A DNA stretch of 64,000 nt. It comes from an uncultured delta proteobacterium. Lineage in GTDB: Bacteria; Desulfobacterota; Desulfobacteria; Desulfobacterales; JAFDCJ01. Positions 28,471 through 40,880 of the stretch are shown one piece after another. The notes under the pieces were generated by a model. That model was not told the origin of the DNA and did not search any database. It saw only the letters and a program-made list of their open reading frames with translations. The stretch lies in NCBI GenBank assembly GCA_963769935.1, contig CAVYNY010000013.1, forward strand, positions 416,001 through 480,000, read 5' to 3'. A program made the translations under genes and the position numbers. Numbering within the stretch: position 1 is the first letter of the stretch; each line of letters starts with the position of its first letter.

Positions 28471-30008
28471 CCTGGTCCCGGCTGAGCATTCCACCAGCCG
28501 CCTCCCAGGGCGGCAATCAGGGTCGCACTATCCTGATAGCGCTGGGCTTTCGACGTTAAGTATCCGATCCGGGCCTGCTGGTATTGCAGATCGGCGATCA
28601 GGACCTGCACGTAATCGGCTTTGCCCGCCTTGTAATTTTCCTGAACCAGCTTCAAGGACTGCTGCGAACTTGCCAGGGCCTGCGACTGGGCGTTTAAGGT
28701 TTGGGCGTCGTGCTCCAGCGCCCTGAGGGTATCGGCCACCTGAGCGAATGCGGCCAGCACCGTCTGACGATAGTCCGCCAGGGCGGCATCGTAGGCGGCC
28801 AGCGCGGCCTTGCGCTTGTACCACAGGGTCCCGCCTTGAAAGAGGGGCGCCGTGAGACCCACCCCCAGATTCCAGAAGTTGGAGATGGGATTGAAGAGCA
28901 GGCTGCTGTTGATAGTGGACTGACCGTAAGCGCCCGTCAAATCGATGCTCGGAAACATGTTGGCCGTTGCCACGCCGATGGCGGCACTGGCGACATGCAG
29001 CTGGGCCTCGGCCGCCAGGATGTCCGGGCGCCGGCGCACCAGGTCGGAAGGCAGACTGACCGGCAGATGCTCCGGCAGCGTGATATCCGCAAACTTGACC
29101 TCGGGCGGCGTCCAGGCCGACGGTATCTGCCCGACCAGGGTCGCCAGGAGGTGCCGGGTCTGGTCCAGAGACTGCTGCAAGGGCGGCAGGGTGGCCACGG
29201 TGGACGCCAGCCGGGCACGCATGCTCAATACGTCCTGCGAGGCGATAATTCCGGCTTTCACCTGGGCCTCCATAATGTCGAGCTGATGTTGCTGATCGTC
29301 GATGATCTCCTGGGTGGCCTCGATCTGCGCCCGGTAGGACGCTTCGGCAATGACCGTATTGATGACCCGGCCCAGCAGGGTCAGATAGGTGGCCCGGGCC
29401 TCGTAGTCCTGATAGTCCGACTGCGCCTTCAGCCCTTCGACTGTCCGGCGGCTGCGGCCGAAGAAATCGAAGTTATAGCTGACCGCGGCCGAGGCCGAAT
29501 AGACGGTAAATAGACTGCTGCCGAAGGAGCCGCCGAAGCTGGCCGAGTTGAACTTTTGCCGGGTGATATCGGATTTGCCCTCGATCTGGGGGAAAAACAC
29601 CCCATAGCCGGCCTGCAGATTGGCCTGGCTTTCGCGCAGCCGCGCCTGGGCGCCCTGCAGGCTTTGGTTGTTGGCCACGGCGAGCTGGATAACCCGGTCC
29701 AGTTTGTCGGAGTGGAACAGATGCCACCATTCACGGGAGATCTTGGCGCCCCAATCGAACTGCTGCTGCTTGCCGTCCGCTGCAATTGTCCTGGAAGGCG
29801 CTTGGCCCTGGGTGTAGCCTGCGACTTCGGGCGCCGCAGGCGGCACGAAATCCGGACCGAGGGCACACCCCCAGATTCCCATGCCGATCAGCACAAGACC
29901 GGCGGTCAAAATTAATTTCGGCCGTCGCCCGGCCTTCCTTCCCGGCGCCGCAGGCTGCCGAAGATCCGGCCGGTGGTTGGCCCGCGGTTGGATATGGTTG
30001 CGCGACAT
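28446..30008 (-). CDS. RND efflux outer-membrane lipoprotein (NodT/OprM family)
   Basis: lipobox WGC..GPDF, LPSDLVRRRPDI, ALGGGW; start overlaps the RND stop (TGATG). Confidence 0.9.
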   Translation of the reverse strand: MSRNHIQPRANHRPDLRQPAAPGRKAGRRPKLILTAGLVLIGMGIWGCALGPDFVPPAAPEVAGYTQGQAPSRTIAADGKQQQFDWGAKISREWWHLFHSDKLDRVIQLAVANNQSLQGAQARLRESQANLQAGYGVFFPQIEGKSDITRQKFNSASFGGSFGSSLFTVYSASAAVSYNFDFFGRSRRTVEGLKAQSDYQDYEARATYLTLLGRVINTVIAEASYRAQIEATQEIIDDQQHQLDIMEAQVKAGIIASQDVLSMRARLASTVATLPPLQQSLDQTRHLLATLVGQIPSAWTPPEVKFADITLPEHLPVSLPSDLVRRRPDILAAEAQLHVASAAIGVATANMFPSIDLTGAYGQSTINSSLLFNPISNFWNLGVGLTAPLFQGGTLWYKRKAALAAYDAALADYRQTVLAAFAQVADTLRALEHDAQTLNAQSQALASSQQSLKLVQENYKAGKADYVQVLIADLQYQQARIGYLTSKAQRYQDSATLIAALGGGWWNAQPGPGAATISVK

Positions 30009-33000
30009 CACAGCCCACCCCCAGGTGCGGTTGCCTGCCGGGCCGAATCTTCCGCGGGCGGAATGGTTTTCAAGCCCAGGCGCTCGGCCAGACGGGTGAT
30101 AAGAATGTAAAATACCGGCGTCACCAGCAATGTAAATAGGGTGCTGAAAACCAGACCGCCGACCACGGCCCAACCCAGCGGCTGGCGGCTCTGGGAGCCC
30201 GGTCCGGAGGCCAGGGCCAGGGGCAGGCCGCCCATAATCATCGCCAGGGAGGTCATCAGGATCGGCCGGAAACGAATCTTGGCGGCCTTAACCGCAGCCC
30301 GACCAATTCCTCGCCCCCGGCCCTCAGGCGATTGGCGTAGTCCACCATCAGGATGCCGTTTTTGGTGACCAATCCGATCAGCAGGATAATTCCGATCTCG
30401 CTGTAAAGATTGATATTGTTGCCGGTCGCAAAAATTGCCAGCAGGGCCCCGGTGAGCGCGAGCGGCACGGAGAACATAATCGTAAGGGGATGGACCCAGC
30501 TTTCAAACTGGGCGGCCAATACCAGATAGATGAAGACCAGCGATACGGCAAATGTGACATAAAGCGACGCCGACGTCTCCCGGTAGTCCCGGCTCTGCCC
30601 CGTCAGGGCGGTGCTGTAACCGGCGGGCAGGATTTTTTGGGCATTGGCCTGCATGTCGTCCAGGGCCTTGCTGAGGGGCAGCGACGACTGCAGGCTGGCA
30701 CTGATGGTAAACGAACGCTGCAGGTTGTAGTGAAAGATGGTGTCCGGTCCGTAGGTGTTGGTCAGCGATACCAGATAAGACAGCGGCACCGGTTTTCCCG
30801 CGCGGTCGCGCACGTATATGTCGTTGATCTGTCCCGGTTGGGCCCGGAATTTGGGTTCGAGTTGAACCAGAACCTCGTAGCTTTTGTTGTTCATGATAAA
30901 ATCGGAGACATGCGAGCCGCCCAGACCCACCTCCAATGCCAGGGCGACATCGGCAACGGAAATGCCGAGATCCGAGGAGCGCTCCCGGTGAAAATCCACA
31001 TTCAGCTGGGGCGTCTCGGTGGTCAGGTCCGATTGGACATTGATCATGCCCTTGGTGCGCCGGGCCTGGTCGAGCAGCTGCCGGTTGAGTTTGGCCAGCT
31101 CTTTGAGGCTCGGCCCCAGAACCACGAACTGAACTTCCTGACTCGTGGCCTGCTCTCCGAGGGAGGGCGGATTGATGGGAAAAGCCAGCACGCCGGGAAT
31201 CTGCATTAAGCGCGGAAAGAGCCGGCGCACGATCTCCATCTGGCTCATTTTGCGCTGGTCGAAGGGCTTGAGCCGCGGAAACGCGAGCCCCAGCCGGGGT
31301 GACGCCGGCCCTCCGATGGAGATGCCGATGGCCGCGAAATAGTTCTGCACCGCCGGGATATCGCTGATGTCCTTTTCGATGTCCTGCAGGTAATGCCGGG
31401 TGTACCAGAGGTTTGATCCCTGGGGTGCCTTTACGATGACCAGAAAGTAGCCCTGATCTTCCACCGGCACAAAGGTTTTGGGCAGAATAAAGTATAATCC
31501 CGCCGCAGCCCCGATGTTCAGGAGCATAAAGCAGCCGACAATCTTGCGGTGGCGGACGGCCCATTCGGCCAGCTGCCCGTAACGACCTTGGAGCCATTGA
31601 AAAAAACGCTCGCTCAAACTGAAGAGGCCCCGGCGCGGTTCGGAGAGACGCAGGATGCGGGCGCAGAGCATCGGCGTCAGGGTGAGCGCCACCAATCCCG
31701 AAAGCCCGACGGCCATGGCGACGCTCAACGCAAACTCGCTGAACAGCCGGCCGATATCTCCCCGCATGAAGGCCAGCGGAATGAAAATGGCGATCAGGGT
31801 CGCCGTGGTGGCCAACACCGGAAAACCGATTTCACGGGCGCCCCTGACGGCGGCCGTTTGCTGTTCCTCCCCCAGCTCCTGGCGGCGGTAAATGTTTTCA
31901 AGCATGATGATGGCGTCATCGATCACCAGTCCGATGGCCAGCACCAGTGAAAACAGCGTCAGAACGTTGATGGAAAAACCGGCGATCCACATGCCGGCAA
32001 AGGCGCCGATAATGGAGACCGGGATGGCCAGCACCGGGATGATGGTGGCCCGCAGCGTCCGCAAAAAGATCAGCACCACCAGGGAGACAAGCAAGAAAGT
32101 GATGAAAAGGGTTTTGGTCACCTCGTGAATCGAGTCCCGGATGTAATCGGTTACGTCCATCGCCACCTTGATTGCCACGCCCTTGGGCAGAATTCCCCGG
32201 ATGCCGGACAGGGCCTGGTGCACTTCATTGGAAATGTCGATGGCATTGGATTTGGTCAGGGGGACGACGCCCACGCCGACGACCGGCTTGCCGTTGAAGC
32301 TTGCAATCGTGTCGTAGCTTTCGGCTCCCAGCTGCACCCAGCCGATGTCCCGGATCCGCACCGGAGCTCCGTTCACCTTGCGAATGACCAGGTCGGCGTA
32401 GCCTTTGGGATCCTTCATTTGGCCGTTGGCCACGACGTTGAAAAAGAGGGCGTCGGATTTGATCTGGCCGGCCGGAAGCTGAACGTTGTTGTCGGCCAGT
32501 GTACTGACGACATCGGCCACCGTTATGCCGTAGCCGGTCATTTTGGCGGGATTGAGCCAGACGCGCATGGCCCAGGTATAATCTCCGCCGATGATGACAT
32601 TGCCTACGCCGGGCAAAATCTCCACCCGCCGCTTGACAATCAGATCGGCTATTTGGCTGAGCTGCTCAAGGGAGTAGTTTTCCCCTTGGAGCACGAGCCA
32701 GATGATCGGTTGCGCTGTAGAGCTTACTTTCGAGACCACCGGCCGCTCCACGTTGGGAGAGTTGGGCAGGTTGTTGATGGCCTTGCTCACGGCGTTGGTT
32801 ACGTCCTGGACCGCGGCGTCGACGTTGCGGTTGGATTTGAACTCGATATTGATGGCGCTCACGCCGAAAGAACTCTGCGAGGAGATATCGCGAATGTCGT
32901 CGATCGAATTGAGGCTCTCTTCCAGGGGGTTGGTTACGGTAGCTTCGACGGTTTCCGGACTGGCCCCGGTGTATACCGTGGTGACGGAGACCACCGGCCG

Positions 33001-33123
33001 GGTGATATCCGGATACTGCCGGACCGACAGGGCCAGATAGGCGGCGATGCCCACCAGCAAAATCAACAGGCTGAGCACGGATGCGAGCACCGGCCGTTTG
33101 ATGGAAATGTCCGACAGCATCAT
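30008..33123 (-). CDS. RND efflux permease (AcrB/MdtB-like), single frameshift near 30300
   Basis: IKRPV, GLVIDDAI, KNGIL; RFRPILMTS recovered in the adjacent frame. Confidence 0.9.
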
Positions 33124-34430
33124 GAGGCGCTGTTCTCCTGTGGATTGGTGAGGTCGAGCCGCTGGTTGTGGATCGGCTGGTAGGCCGATACGATCAGCTT
33201 CGCCCCGGGGTATAGCTTCTGCACGCCGGCGGTGATCACCCGGTCCGTGGGCTTGAGCCCGGATATGATCTCGACCCAGTTGTTTTGGAAAACGCCCACT
33301 TCCACGCTGCGCTGCTCGGCTTTGTCTTCCGGTGCCACAACCCACACGTACCGGGCGTCGCCCTCCGGAACAATCGCCTGGGCCGGCACGAACAGGGTAT
33401 CGGGTTTTGTTCCCACAATCAGCCGGACATGCGCAAACATACCGGGTTTGAGCAGCAGCTTCGGATTCGGGACGGTGGCCTGGACGTGGATGTTGCGTGA
33501 ATCGGCGTCCAGGGCCGGGTCGATGGTGGTCACCGCCCCTTCAAATTCTCCGGTGAGGCCCGGCACGGCAAAATTCGCTTTTTGCCCCGGCATGATGCGG
33601 CCGATGGTCTGTTGGGGAAGTTCAAAATCCAGAAAAAGAGGATCCATCTGTCTGATGCTGACAATCGCATCGCCGGCCTTCAGATAGGCACCCAGACTCA
33701 CCTGCCGCATGCCGAGCGCGCCTGTGAAAGGCGCCCGGATGCTCGTGTATTGGAGATTGACCTGGGCTTGCGCCAGTTGGGCCTCGGCTTGCTGCACGGC
33801 CGTTTCATCGCTTTGCAGCTGCTGCTCGGAAACCCCCCCGGTTTTAACCACCTGCCGGTCGCGTTCATAAACGCCGCGGGCATTGGTCAGCGTTGCTTCA
33901 GCCGCCGCCAGCGCGGCTTTCTGAATGGAATCGTCCAGCCGGGCGAGAACCGTCCCCCGCTGCCGGACCTGCCCCTGCGCGATATTGAGCAACACGGCTC
34001 GGCCGTCAATTTGAGGGGCGACAACGGTTTCCTGAGGACTGGACAAGCTGCCGACGGCGGGAATCTCCTGGTTCAATTCGGCAACTTTAACCGGGGCGGC
34101 TTCCACATGGACGGGCATCGCAGCGGCACCCATCGATTCTTCCCCGCTCCGGCAGGCTTGTATGAGGAGCAGACCCAGGATCAGGCCGACATAAAGCGCC
34201 GCACCACGCAAACCGTGGCGGACCCTTTCACCCGCTCCGGGCACGGAAAGGGTCCGGCAATAGGGGAGCGCCTGGCGGCGCCTTCTGATGGAATAGATTA
34301 TCCGCGTGATGTCTGGCATACCTTCAAATTCTCGCTTCAGCGCGACGAGGACCCGGGCGGCTGGAAAGCTAAACTCACCCAACGGTTCATTCGCCGCCGT
34401 CTTCACCCTGCCGGCCAATTTAGGGTTCAA
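33120..34430 (-). CDS. RND periplasmic adaptor (MFP); true start may be downstream
   Basis: IRAPFTG, LKPGMFA, VPAQAI, GLKPTDRVITAG. Confidence 0.88.
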   Translation of the reverse strand: MNPKLAGRVKTAANEPLGEFSFPAARVLVALKREFEGMPDITRIIYSIRRRRQALPYCRTLSVPGAGERVRHGLRGAALYVGLILGLLLIQACRSGEESMGAAAMPVHVEAAPVKVAELNQEIPAVGSLSSPQETVVAPQIDGRAVLLNIAQGQVRQRGTVLARLDDSIQKAALAAAEATLTNARGVYERDRQVVKTGGVSEQQLQSDETAVQQAEAQLAQAQVNLQYTSIRAPFTGALGMRQVSLGAYLKAGDAIVSIRQMDPLFLDFELPQQTIGRIMPGQKANFAVPGLTGEFEGAVTTIDPALDADSRNIHVQATVPNPKLLLKPGMFAHVRLIVGTKPDTLFVPAQAIVPEGDARYVWVVAPEDKAEQRSVEVGVFQNNWVEIISGLKPTDRVITAGVQKLYPGAKLIVSAYQPIHNQRLDLTNPQENSAS

Positions 34431-34605
34431 GGCTTTGTGATTTAGAAATTAACGCCGCGGCCTGCGGTACGCTATAAGTATCTGTCTGATTATGATGTAG
34501 GAAAGGTCAGGAAGTTGGTGTCGGTAGTTGTCCTACGCGGAACGATTGGGATGCGCACCGCTGACTTCATCTACTTGGATCTTGAGGGGAGGATTTTAAT
34601 TTCAA

Positions 34606-35211
34606 TTAAATTCTCAAGCTTTCTTTCAATCGCGGGTCAATCCGGGCCAGGCCTACTCCCATTCCCGTAAAGTTCGTTTGTATATCAAACTCGCAGCCCC
34701 AGATGAATGTCTTGGCATTTACGATGACGGCTACAAGTTTGGCACCCTTCAGATTGGCTTTCCACAGATCGGCACCGTTTAGATTGGCCCTGGTAAGATC
34801 GGCACCTTCCAGATCGGCCCATATAAGCTCCGCCTCTTTCATATTGGCTTCCAAAAGCTCGGCACCTTTGAGATTGGCTTTCCATAGTTCAGCGCCTTCC
34901 AGATTGACCTGAAAGAGATCGGCGCCTTCCAGATCAGCATCCAAAAGATTAGCGCCTTTGAGATTCGCGCACCGGAGATTGGCTCCCCTTAAATTTGCTT
35001 TCCAAAGATCAGCGTCTGCCAGATCGACTTTCGAAAGATCAGCGCCTTGCAGGTTGGCGCCGCCGAGTTCGGCGCCTTCCAATAAAACTGGTGCCTCCTT
35101 AATATTTTTACGCCATTCATTCCACGCATTCAGATCCCCTCTTTCTGAGCACCGGGTGAGTAATTCATAGTGGGTTCTGTTAAACTGCCTTGGGTTTACT
35201 TCATTGATCAT
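34606..35211 (-). CDS. pentapeptide repeat protein
   Basis: long run of A(D/N/E)LxG/xK pentapeptides after a WNEWR motif. Confidence 0.92.
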   Translation of the reverse strand: MINEVNPRQFNRTHYELLTRCSERGDLNAWNEWRKNIKEAPVLLEGAELGGANLQGADLSKVDLADADLWKANLRGANLRCANLKGANLLDADLEGADLFQVNLEGAELWKANLKGAELLEANMKEAELIWADLEGADLTRANLNGADLWKANLKGAKLVAVIVNAKTFIWGCEFDIQTNFTGMGVGLARIDPRLKESLRI

Positions 35212-35510
35212 TATTCTGGCTTTCTTTAAAAAGGTTGCTCAAATCGGTTCAATGCTCAAGTGTGACCTCACGCTTTCGCAAAATCCATGTGTTCGAAGCT
35301 TAATCAAAAGGTAAGACCGGGAGTTAATCGCAGGATAACGCAAAAATGATTAAAATGTTATGTTCGGTTACAATTACAGCGCTCCAGGTTCAAAGCACCG
35401 CACATGTCAAAAAATCAATGTTGACTATAAAGCCCGCTTTCGCTATCCGGATGATTATAGGTTTCCTTGAATTGGACGTCTGGGACTTGCGGCAACGGGT
35501 TGAATGAAAG

Positions 35511-36017
35511 ATGGAAAAGTTGATTCAAAAGATCGTAGTCTTCATGCCGGTATTGGGAGTGAGTCTGTTCATATTGTTGGCATTCTGGCTTGTCGCGGTT
35601 ATTTTTCAGAAGATAGTCCACGGGATGGGAGAACGATCGAGGCTCAATCCGGATATCGTCGGTCTGCTGGACCGAATCATCAAAGCCGGCATCGTCGGTT
35701 TCGGCATTGTCACGGCCCTCGGCACGGCCCACGTCAATGTATCTGCTCTGGTAGCCGGTCTGGGCCTGACCGGGTTTGCTCTCGGCTTCGCCCTGAAAGA
35801 CGCGCTTTCCAACACACTTGCCGGGGTATTAATCCTCATCTACCAACCCTTTCGACGAGGCGACCATATCAACATCAGCGGTTTTGACGGTACGGTCGAC
35901 CAAATCGATCTGCGATACACCACGCTGACTTCTGCGGGAGACAAGATCCTCATTCCCAACTCCACCATGTTTACCAATCCGATCAAAGTGGTTGGTGGGT
36001 CGAAGTCCGGAAACTGA
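35511..36017 (+). CDS. short MscS family mechanosensitive channel
   Basis: GFALKDALSN..AG, PFRRGD, IPNS. Confidence 0.85.
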   Translation: MEKLIQKIVVFMPVLGVSLFILLAFWLVAVIFQKIVHGMGERSRLNPDIVGLLDRIIKAGIVGFGIVTALGTAHVNVSALVAGLGLTGFALGFALKDALSNTLAGVLILIYQPFRRGDHINISGFDGTVDQIDLRYTTLTSAGDKILIPNSTMFTNPIKVVGGSKSGN

Positions 36018-36278
36018 GGGACGTGGCCTTTGGACACCTATCCGCCTATTCTTTAAAGATCAAGGGAACTTTGATTTCGCCGCGGATGATACGAAACCAT
36101 TCCAGGCCTTTACAGGATGTCAAAAATTCTACTAAATACGAATTCTACTCGCATCGGGGCATAAGGTCTTTCCGCCTTCAATATACATCATAGATCCCAT
36201 AAACATACATAATAAAACCCATATACGACACACCTGACATAGCCTAAACATTAAACCGCCATTTTATCCGGACTTGCC

Positions 36279-36638
36279 TTCCAGGAGGGTGAAGAGGCCG
36301 ATTACTTTTATGTCATCCGTCATGGAAGAGTGGCGCTCGACATACACGGCGCCCATCGGGGTACGATCACGATTGAAACCGTTGAGGCTGGTGAGATCAT
36401 CGGCTGGTCCTGGCTGAGTCCGCCCTATCGATGGCGATTCAGCGCCCGGGCCGTTGTAAAAACCAGAGCCATCGCACTGGACGGAAGATGTCTGCGGGGC
36501 AAGTGCGAGCAGAACTACCAGCTGGGTTATGAACTGTTCAAGCGGTTTGCGCATGTTTTCTCAGAGCGCCTGGATCATACCATCCTTCAACTGCTCGATG
36601 TATATTGTGAACCTCCCGCTAAAAAAATAAGTCGCTGA
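36279..36638 (+). pseudogene. 5'-truncated cyclic-nucleotide-binding domain protein (hydrogenase operon-associated)
   Basis: FQEGEEADYFYVIRHGRVAL..GEIIGWSWL begins without start or RBS, just after in-frame TAA at 36252. Confidence 0.7.
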
Positions 36639-36647
36639 GGAAAATTT

Positions 36648-37478
36648 ATGAATACTCCCTTTGCCGAGCCCATGCAACCGGTCCCCTGTCTTGTCCAGGG
36701 GTTTGAGCGCGAGACCCATGACACCTTTACCCTGGAATTGAAAACGCCTTCGCAACCGGTATTTGCGCCGGGGCAGTTTAATATGCTCTATGTATTCGGG
36801 ACGGGCGAAGTCCCTATTTCCATCAGCAGTAATCCGGCCGATCCGGAATCGATCAAACATACCACCCGGGTTGTCGGTAAGGTTACCCAAGCCATGCAGG
36901 CGCTCAAACCGGGCGATACCATCGGGGTGCGGGGGCCTTTTGGTAGCAGCTGGCCACTGGAGCTTGGCCGGGGCAAAGATGTGGTCGTCATTGCCGGCGG
37001 CATCGGGCTGGCCCCTTTGAGGCCCGCTCTGTTTGAGATGCTTGCCTATCGCGAACGATTTCATCGCATCATCCTGTTATACGGGACCCGCACCCCGCGC
37101 GACATCCTGTTCAGAAGCGATTTGAAACGCTGGCGATCTCATTTTGACCTGGAAGTATACATTACGGTGGATAGGGCCATGGAGGGCTGGCAGGGAAATG
37201 TCGGCGTCGTCATCAAGCTGATTCCGCGGGCGCAGTTTGATCCATCCAATGCCATCGCCCTGATCTGCGGCCCGGAAGTGATGATGCGCTTCAGCATCGC
37301 GGCGCTGCAGCAGCGCGGTGTCGGCAATGAAAATATCTTTGTATCCATGGAGCGCAATATGGAATGCGGTCTCGGTTTTTGCGGACATAGTCAGTACGGC
37401 CCCCATTTTGTGTGCAAAGACGGTCCGGTCTTTCGCTATGATCGTATCGAACCGATTTTCAGAAAAGTGGAGGTTTAA
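36648..37478 (+). CDS. FAD/NAD(P)-binding subunit of group 3b NiFe hydrogenase (sulfhydrogenase gamma-like)
   Basis: [46 protein letters not shown] (third 2Fe-2S Cys is Ser). Confidence 0.85.
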   Translation: MNTPFAEPMQPVPCLVQGFERETHDTFTLELKTPSQPVFAPGQFNMLYVFGTGEVPISISSNPADPESIKHTTRVVGKVTQAMQALKPGDTIGVRGPFGSSWPLELGRGKDVVVIAGGIGLAPLRPALFEMLAYRERFHRIILLYGTRTPRDILFRSDLKRWRSHFDLEVYITVDRAMEGWQGNVGVVIKLIPRAQFDPSNAIALICGPEVMMRFSIAALQQRGVGNENIFVSMERNMECGLGFCGHSQYGPHFVCKDGPVFRYDRIEPIFRKVEV

Positions 37479-37480
37479 AA

Positions 37481-37771
37481 ATGACCAGAAATCCCAAACC
37501 CAAACTGGCGGTGTGGAAATTTGCATCCTGTGACGGCTGCCAGTTGAGTCTGTTGGATCGTGAGGATCAGCTGCTGGAAATCAGCGCTGAAGTTGATATC
37601 GCCAACTTTGCCGAAGCTTCCCGGGCCGTCGTCCAAGGCCCTTATGATCTGTCGCTGGTTGAAGGCTCCATCACGACGCCCCATGACGAGCAGCGCATTC
37701 ATAAAATTCGCCGGTGGTCGAAATTTTTGGCTCCTATTGGCGCGTGCGCAACGCCGTATTTTATTTCATGA
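37481..37771 (+). pseudogene. 3'-truncated NiFe hydrogenase small subunit (delta/HoxY-like)
   Basis: [20 protein letters not shown], then ends against the OPT stop. Confidence 0.8.
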
Positions 37772-39671
37772 TGCCTGCTGCTCCCAGCAAAGCGACCACA
37801 ACGCCCATCAGGCTTTCACCGGCAATCACGCCGGAGGCCACCGGGATGGTATAGCTTTGGGCGACTTCGCCGGCTTGCCGGGCGAGAATCCAGGCTGCCA
37901 GCGCACCGGCAAAGATGGATAAGGTGTTATAAAACGGAACGACAAAGGCCAGGCCGAGGCCCATGGCCGAGGGGATGAATGCCCGGGCCTGCTTCGGCAG
38001 GCAGCGCTCCAAAACAGGGATGATGATCCCCACCAGGCTGCCGATAACCAGGGCCCAGCGCTCGGTAACGTCGAGGCTGGACAGGCCGTGGGCTAAAAGC
38101 TCGGCCACACCTTTCCAAATTTGGGCCGCCGGAGCGGGAAACTTTTCGCCGCCCAGAACGGAGGGGTTGGGAACGATCAGGTAAAAGGCCGGCACGATCA
38201 CCAGGGCGCCGGCGAAGATGCCCAGAAATTGGGCGATAAACTGCTTGCGGGGATTGGCACCCAATAAATACCCTGATTTCAAATCCGTCAGCAGGTCGGC
38301 CGCGGAGGAGGCCGCCCCGGCTGTAACGCAGGCGGTCATCAGATTGGTAATAATTCCGGCAGGGGCGACCACTCCGTAAAAAAGCTGTGTAATTTTTCCC
38401 ATGGCCCCGACCGGGGTGATGTCCGTCTCGCCGGTTGCCCGGCAGGCCACGACAGCCAGAAAAAAAGTCATAACGACCGACGCCACGCCCATCCACCAGT
38501 GAATGGAGAAACTGACCACCTGGATGAACACCACACCAATGGCAGCCACGGCCACGCCCGCAACGAACCAGGTTCCCGGTACTTCAATCGCCTCCAAAGC
38601 AGCATGTTCTTCGATAGGAGTGCGGTGCCGTCCGAGCGGCAGTATCCGACTGACGGCCGCCAAACCGCGCCCGAGAGTCCGCCACTGGAGCCCGAGCGTG
38701 AACAGGCCGGAGGCCAGCATGATCGCCGTCCCCCCCCAAAGGCTCCACGCCACGATCCCCCGATAGCCGAGGTGCTGGATGACGCCTTGCCGATACATCG
38801 CGGGAGCCAGAAATCCGTAGTTCAACAATCCGCCCAGCAGCATGCTCCACGCCACGCGAAGGCCGATAATGGCCCCGGCAGCGACCAGGATCAGGCTCAG
38901 ATCCCAGGAGATCGTCCATTGCTTCAGCGTGTGCCCGGCGATCGTTCCGGGGAATTCCAATAAACCCGGAATCTTTAAAAGCCTTGGGTACCAGGCAAAG
39001 GTGTTGGAACGCGCGAAGGCGAAGGCCGCCCCCAGCAACCCGGAAATCCCTAAACTGCGGGCCTTCCGGGTTGCCGCCGTGCCGGTCGCATACAAAGAGC
39101 GCAGGGTCTGGGCGGCGGCCACCCCGCTGGGAAATCTGAGCTGCTCCACGTTGATCATCTGGCGCTTCATGGGGACGGCCATCATGACCCCCAGAAGGGC
39201 CAGAAAAATGGTCCAGAGCAGCAGCGTATGAAAGGGCAGGTGTTCTCCCCGGATCATCAAAAGCGCCGAGATTGCGCCGACCATGGTGCTGCCGGTGGAA
39301 TAGCCCGCCGAACTCGCCGCGGACTGCATGCAGTTGTTTTCGAGGATGCTCAGGTTGGTTTTGAGGACGCCGAATTTGGTCAGGGCGGCCCCGATGGAAA
39401 ATGACAGGATGCAGGCGGTAATGGCCACGCCCAGACCCCATCCCGTTTTCAGCCCGACATACAGGTTTGAAAGGCTCATGACCGCGCCCAGGACCATGCC
39501 GATGAGGACGGCACGCGGCGTAAGCTGGGGGATGTCTCCGCGATAGTGTTTGTCAAACCACTCCTGCTCTATCTGAAGCGGACTCTTGCCGGTCGGGTCG
39601 ATACCGAAAAACTCCTGGGCACGGTCGGTCTTTTCGATTTGCTGCGTCGATTTTTGGTCCGCTGAATCCAT
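37761..39671 (-). CDS. OPT family oligopeptide transporter
   Basis: [42 protein letters not shown]. Confidence 0.92.
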   Translation of the reverse strand: MDSADQKSTQQIEKTDRAQEFFGIDPTGKSPLQIEQEWFDKHYRGDIPQLTPRAVLIGMVLGAVMSLSNLYVGLKTGWGLGVAITACILSFSIGAALTKFGVLKTNLSILENNCMQSAASSAGYSTGSTMVGAISALLMIRGEHLPFHTLLLWTIFLALLGVMMAVPMKRQMINVEQLRFPSGVAAAQTLRSLYATGTAATRKARSLGISGLLGAAFAFARSNTFAWYPRLLKIPGLLEFPGTIAGHTLKQWTISWDLSLILVAAGAIIGLRVAWSMLLGGLLNYGFLAPAMYRQGVIQHLGYRGIVAWSLWGGTAIMLASGLFTLGLQWRTLGRGLAAVSRILPLGRHRTPIEEHAALEAIEVPGTWFVAGVAVAAIGVVFIQVVSFSIHWWMGVASVVMTFFLAVVACRATGETDITPVGAMGKITQLFYGVVAPAGIITNLMTACVTAGAASSAADLLTDLKSGYLLGANPRKQFIAQFLGIFAGALVIVPAFYLIVPNPSVLGGEKFPAPAAQIWKGVAELLAHGLSSLDVTERWALVIGSLVGIIIPVLERCLPKQARAFIPSAMGLGLAFVVPFYNTLSIFAGALAAWILARQAGEVAQSYTIPVASGVIAGESLMGVVVALLGAAGIMK

Positions 39672-39740
39672 CTGAAAATATGCCCTTTGTCCTCAAACGC
39701 CCTTTAGGCTGATTTGATCCGCGGCAACGTTCCAGCCGTT

Positions 39741-40880
39741 TCACTTCTCACCGGCAGGCGTCGTGGCCGCCGAATACGCTTGGACGTCTGGGCTCGAGTT
39801 CCGGTCCATTTGAATGCGAATGCGCGGCAGCGTGTCCGGAAACCGCTTCTGCATGAATTCGAGAAGTTTTTCGCGCACCTCGCACCGCAAGTTCCAGGCG
39901 GAGGGCGAATCCACCGCGCTCATAAGCGCCCGCAATTCAATGACTTGCTTCGTGGCATCGGTCACCTGCAAGACGCCCACTTTTTTGTCCCAGTAGCTCG
40001 AGTCCTCAAGGATTCGTTGAAGTTCTTCGCGAACGGCCTGCACGGGAACGGTGTAGTCGGCATAAAGGAAAACGCTTCCGAGCAGATCTGCTGATTTGCG
40101 GGTCCAGTTCTGGAAAGGTTTTTCGACAAAATAAGCAATCGGCACAATCAACCGGCGCAGGTCCCAGATTCGGACGACCACATAGGTCAAAGTGATTTCT
40201 TCGATCCAGCCCCACTCGTTTTCGACAATCACCACGTCATCCAGACGGATCGGCTGGGCGATGGCAATTTGAATGCCGGCAATGACGTTTCCCAGGGTGC
40301 GCTGGGCGGCCAGACCCAGAACAATACCCATGACACCCGCGGAAGCCAGCAGGCTGATCCCGACTTCTCTCACGCGATTGAATGACATCAAAACCGCCGC
40401 GCTGGCAAGAACGACTATCCCAATGGTGATGATGCGCTCGATAACCCGTATCTGAGTATACATCCGCCGGGCCTGCAGATTGTCCCGGGCGTCGATGTGG
40501 TAGCGGCTGAGCACGAGATCCCGGCCAAAGCCAACGACTTTGAGCGAGAACCAGGCCACCGCAACGATCAGCCATATGGTCAGGACATGGCGGCTCACCT
40601 GCAATGCTTTTGGGGGAAGTTTCATAAAAGGCAGCATGATGCTGAAAAAAATTGCCGGGATCAAAGCCCGCAGGGGAGCTTTGAAATAGGTCACATGCGG
40701 CCGCATGCCTTTTTCGGCAACGCCCTTGCGGGCATGCCAGCGCTTCAAAACGAAGGTGACGACGGCATAACAAACAAGGCTGATGACGATCACGGCCAGA
40801 AACAGCAGGAGCGAGGTTTGCGCTGCCGTCAGCTTGTGCCATTGTTGCAGCAAGGCTTCGTTTATTTGAGCGATCTTCAT
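39741..40880 (-). CDS. MscS family mechanosensitive channel
   Basis: GLAAQRTLGN, QPIRLDD, WDLRRLIVP, FQNWT. Confidence 0.92.
   Translation of the reverse strand: MKIAQINEALLQQWHKLTAAQTSLLLFLAVIVISLVCYAVVTFVLKRWHARKGVAEKGMRPHVTYFKAPLRALIPAIFFSIMLPFMKLPPKALQVSRHVLTIWLIVAVAWFSLKVVGFGRDLVLSRYHIDARDNLQARRMYTQIRVIERIITIGIVVLASAAVLMSFNRVREVGISLLASAGVMGIVLGLAAQRTLGNVIAGIQIAIAQPIRLDDVVIVENEWGWIEEITLTYVVVRIWDLRRLIVPIAYFVEKPFQNWTRKSADLLGSVFLYADYTVPVQAVREELQRILEDSSYWDKKVGVLQVTDATKQVIELRALMSAVDSPSAWNLRCEVREKLLEFMQKRFPDTLPRIRIQMDRNSSPDVQAYSAATTPAGEK

Noticed and set aside
34700..35080. 15-bp periodic DNA
   Set aside because: Fully explained by the pentapeptide-repeat coding sequence.
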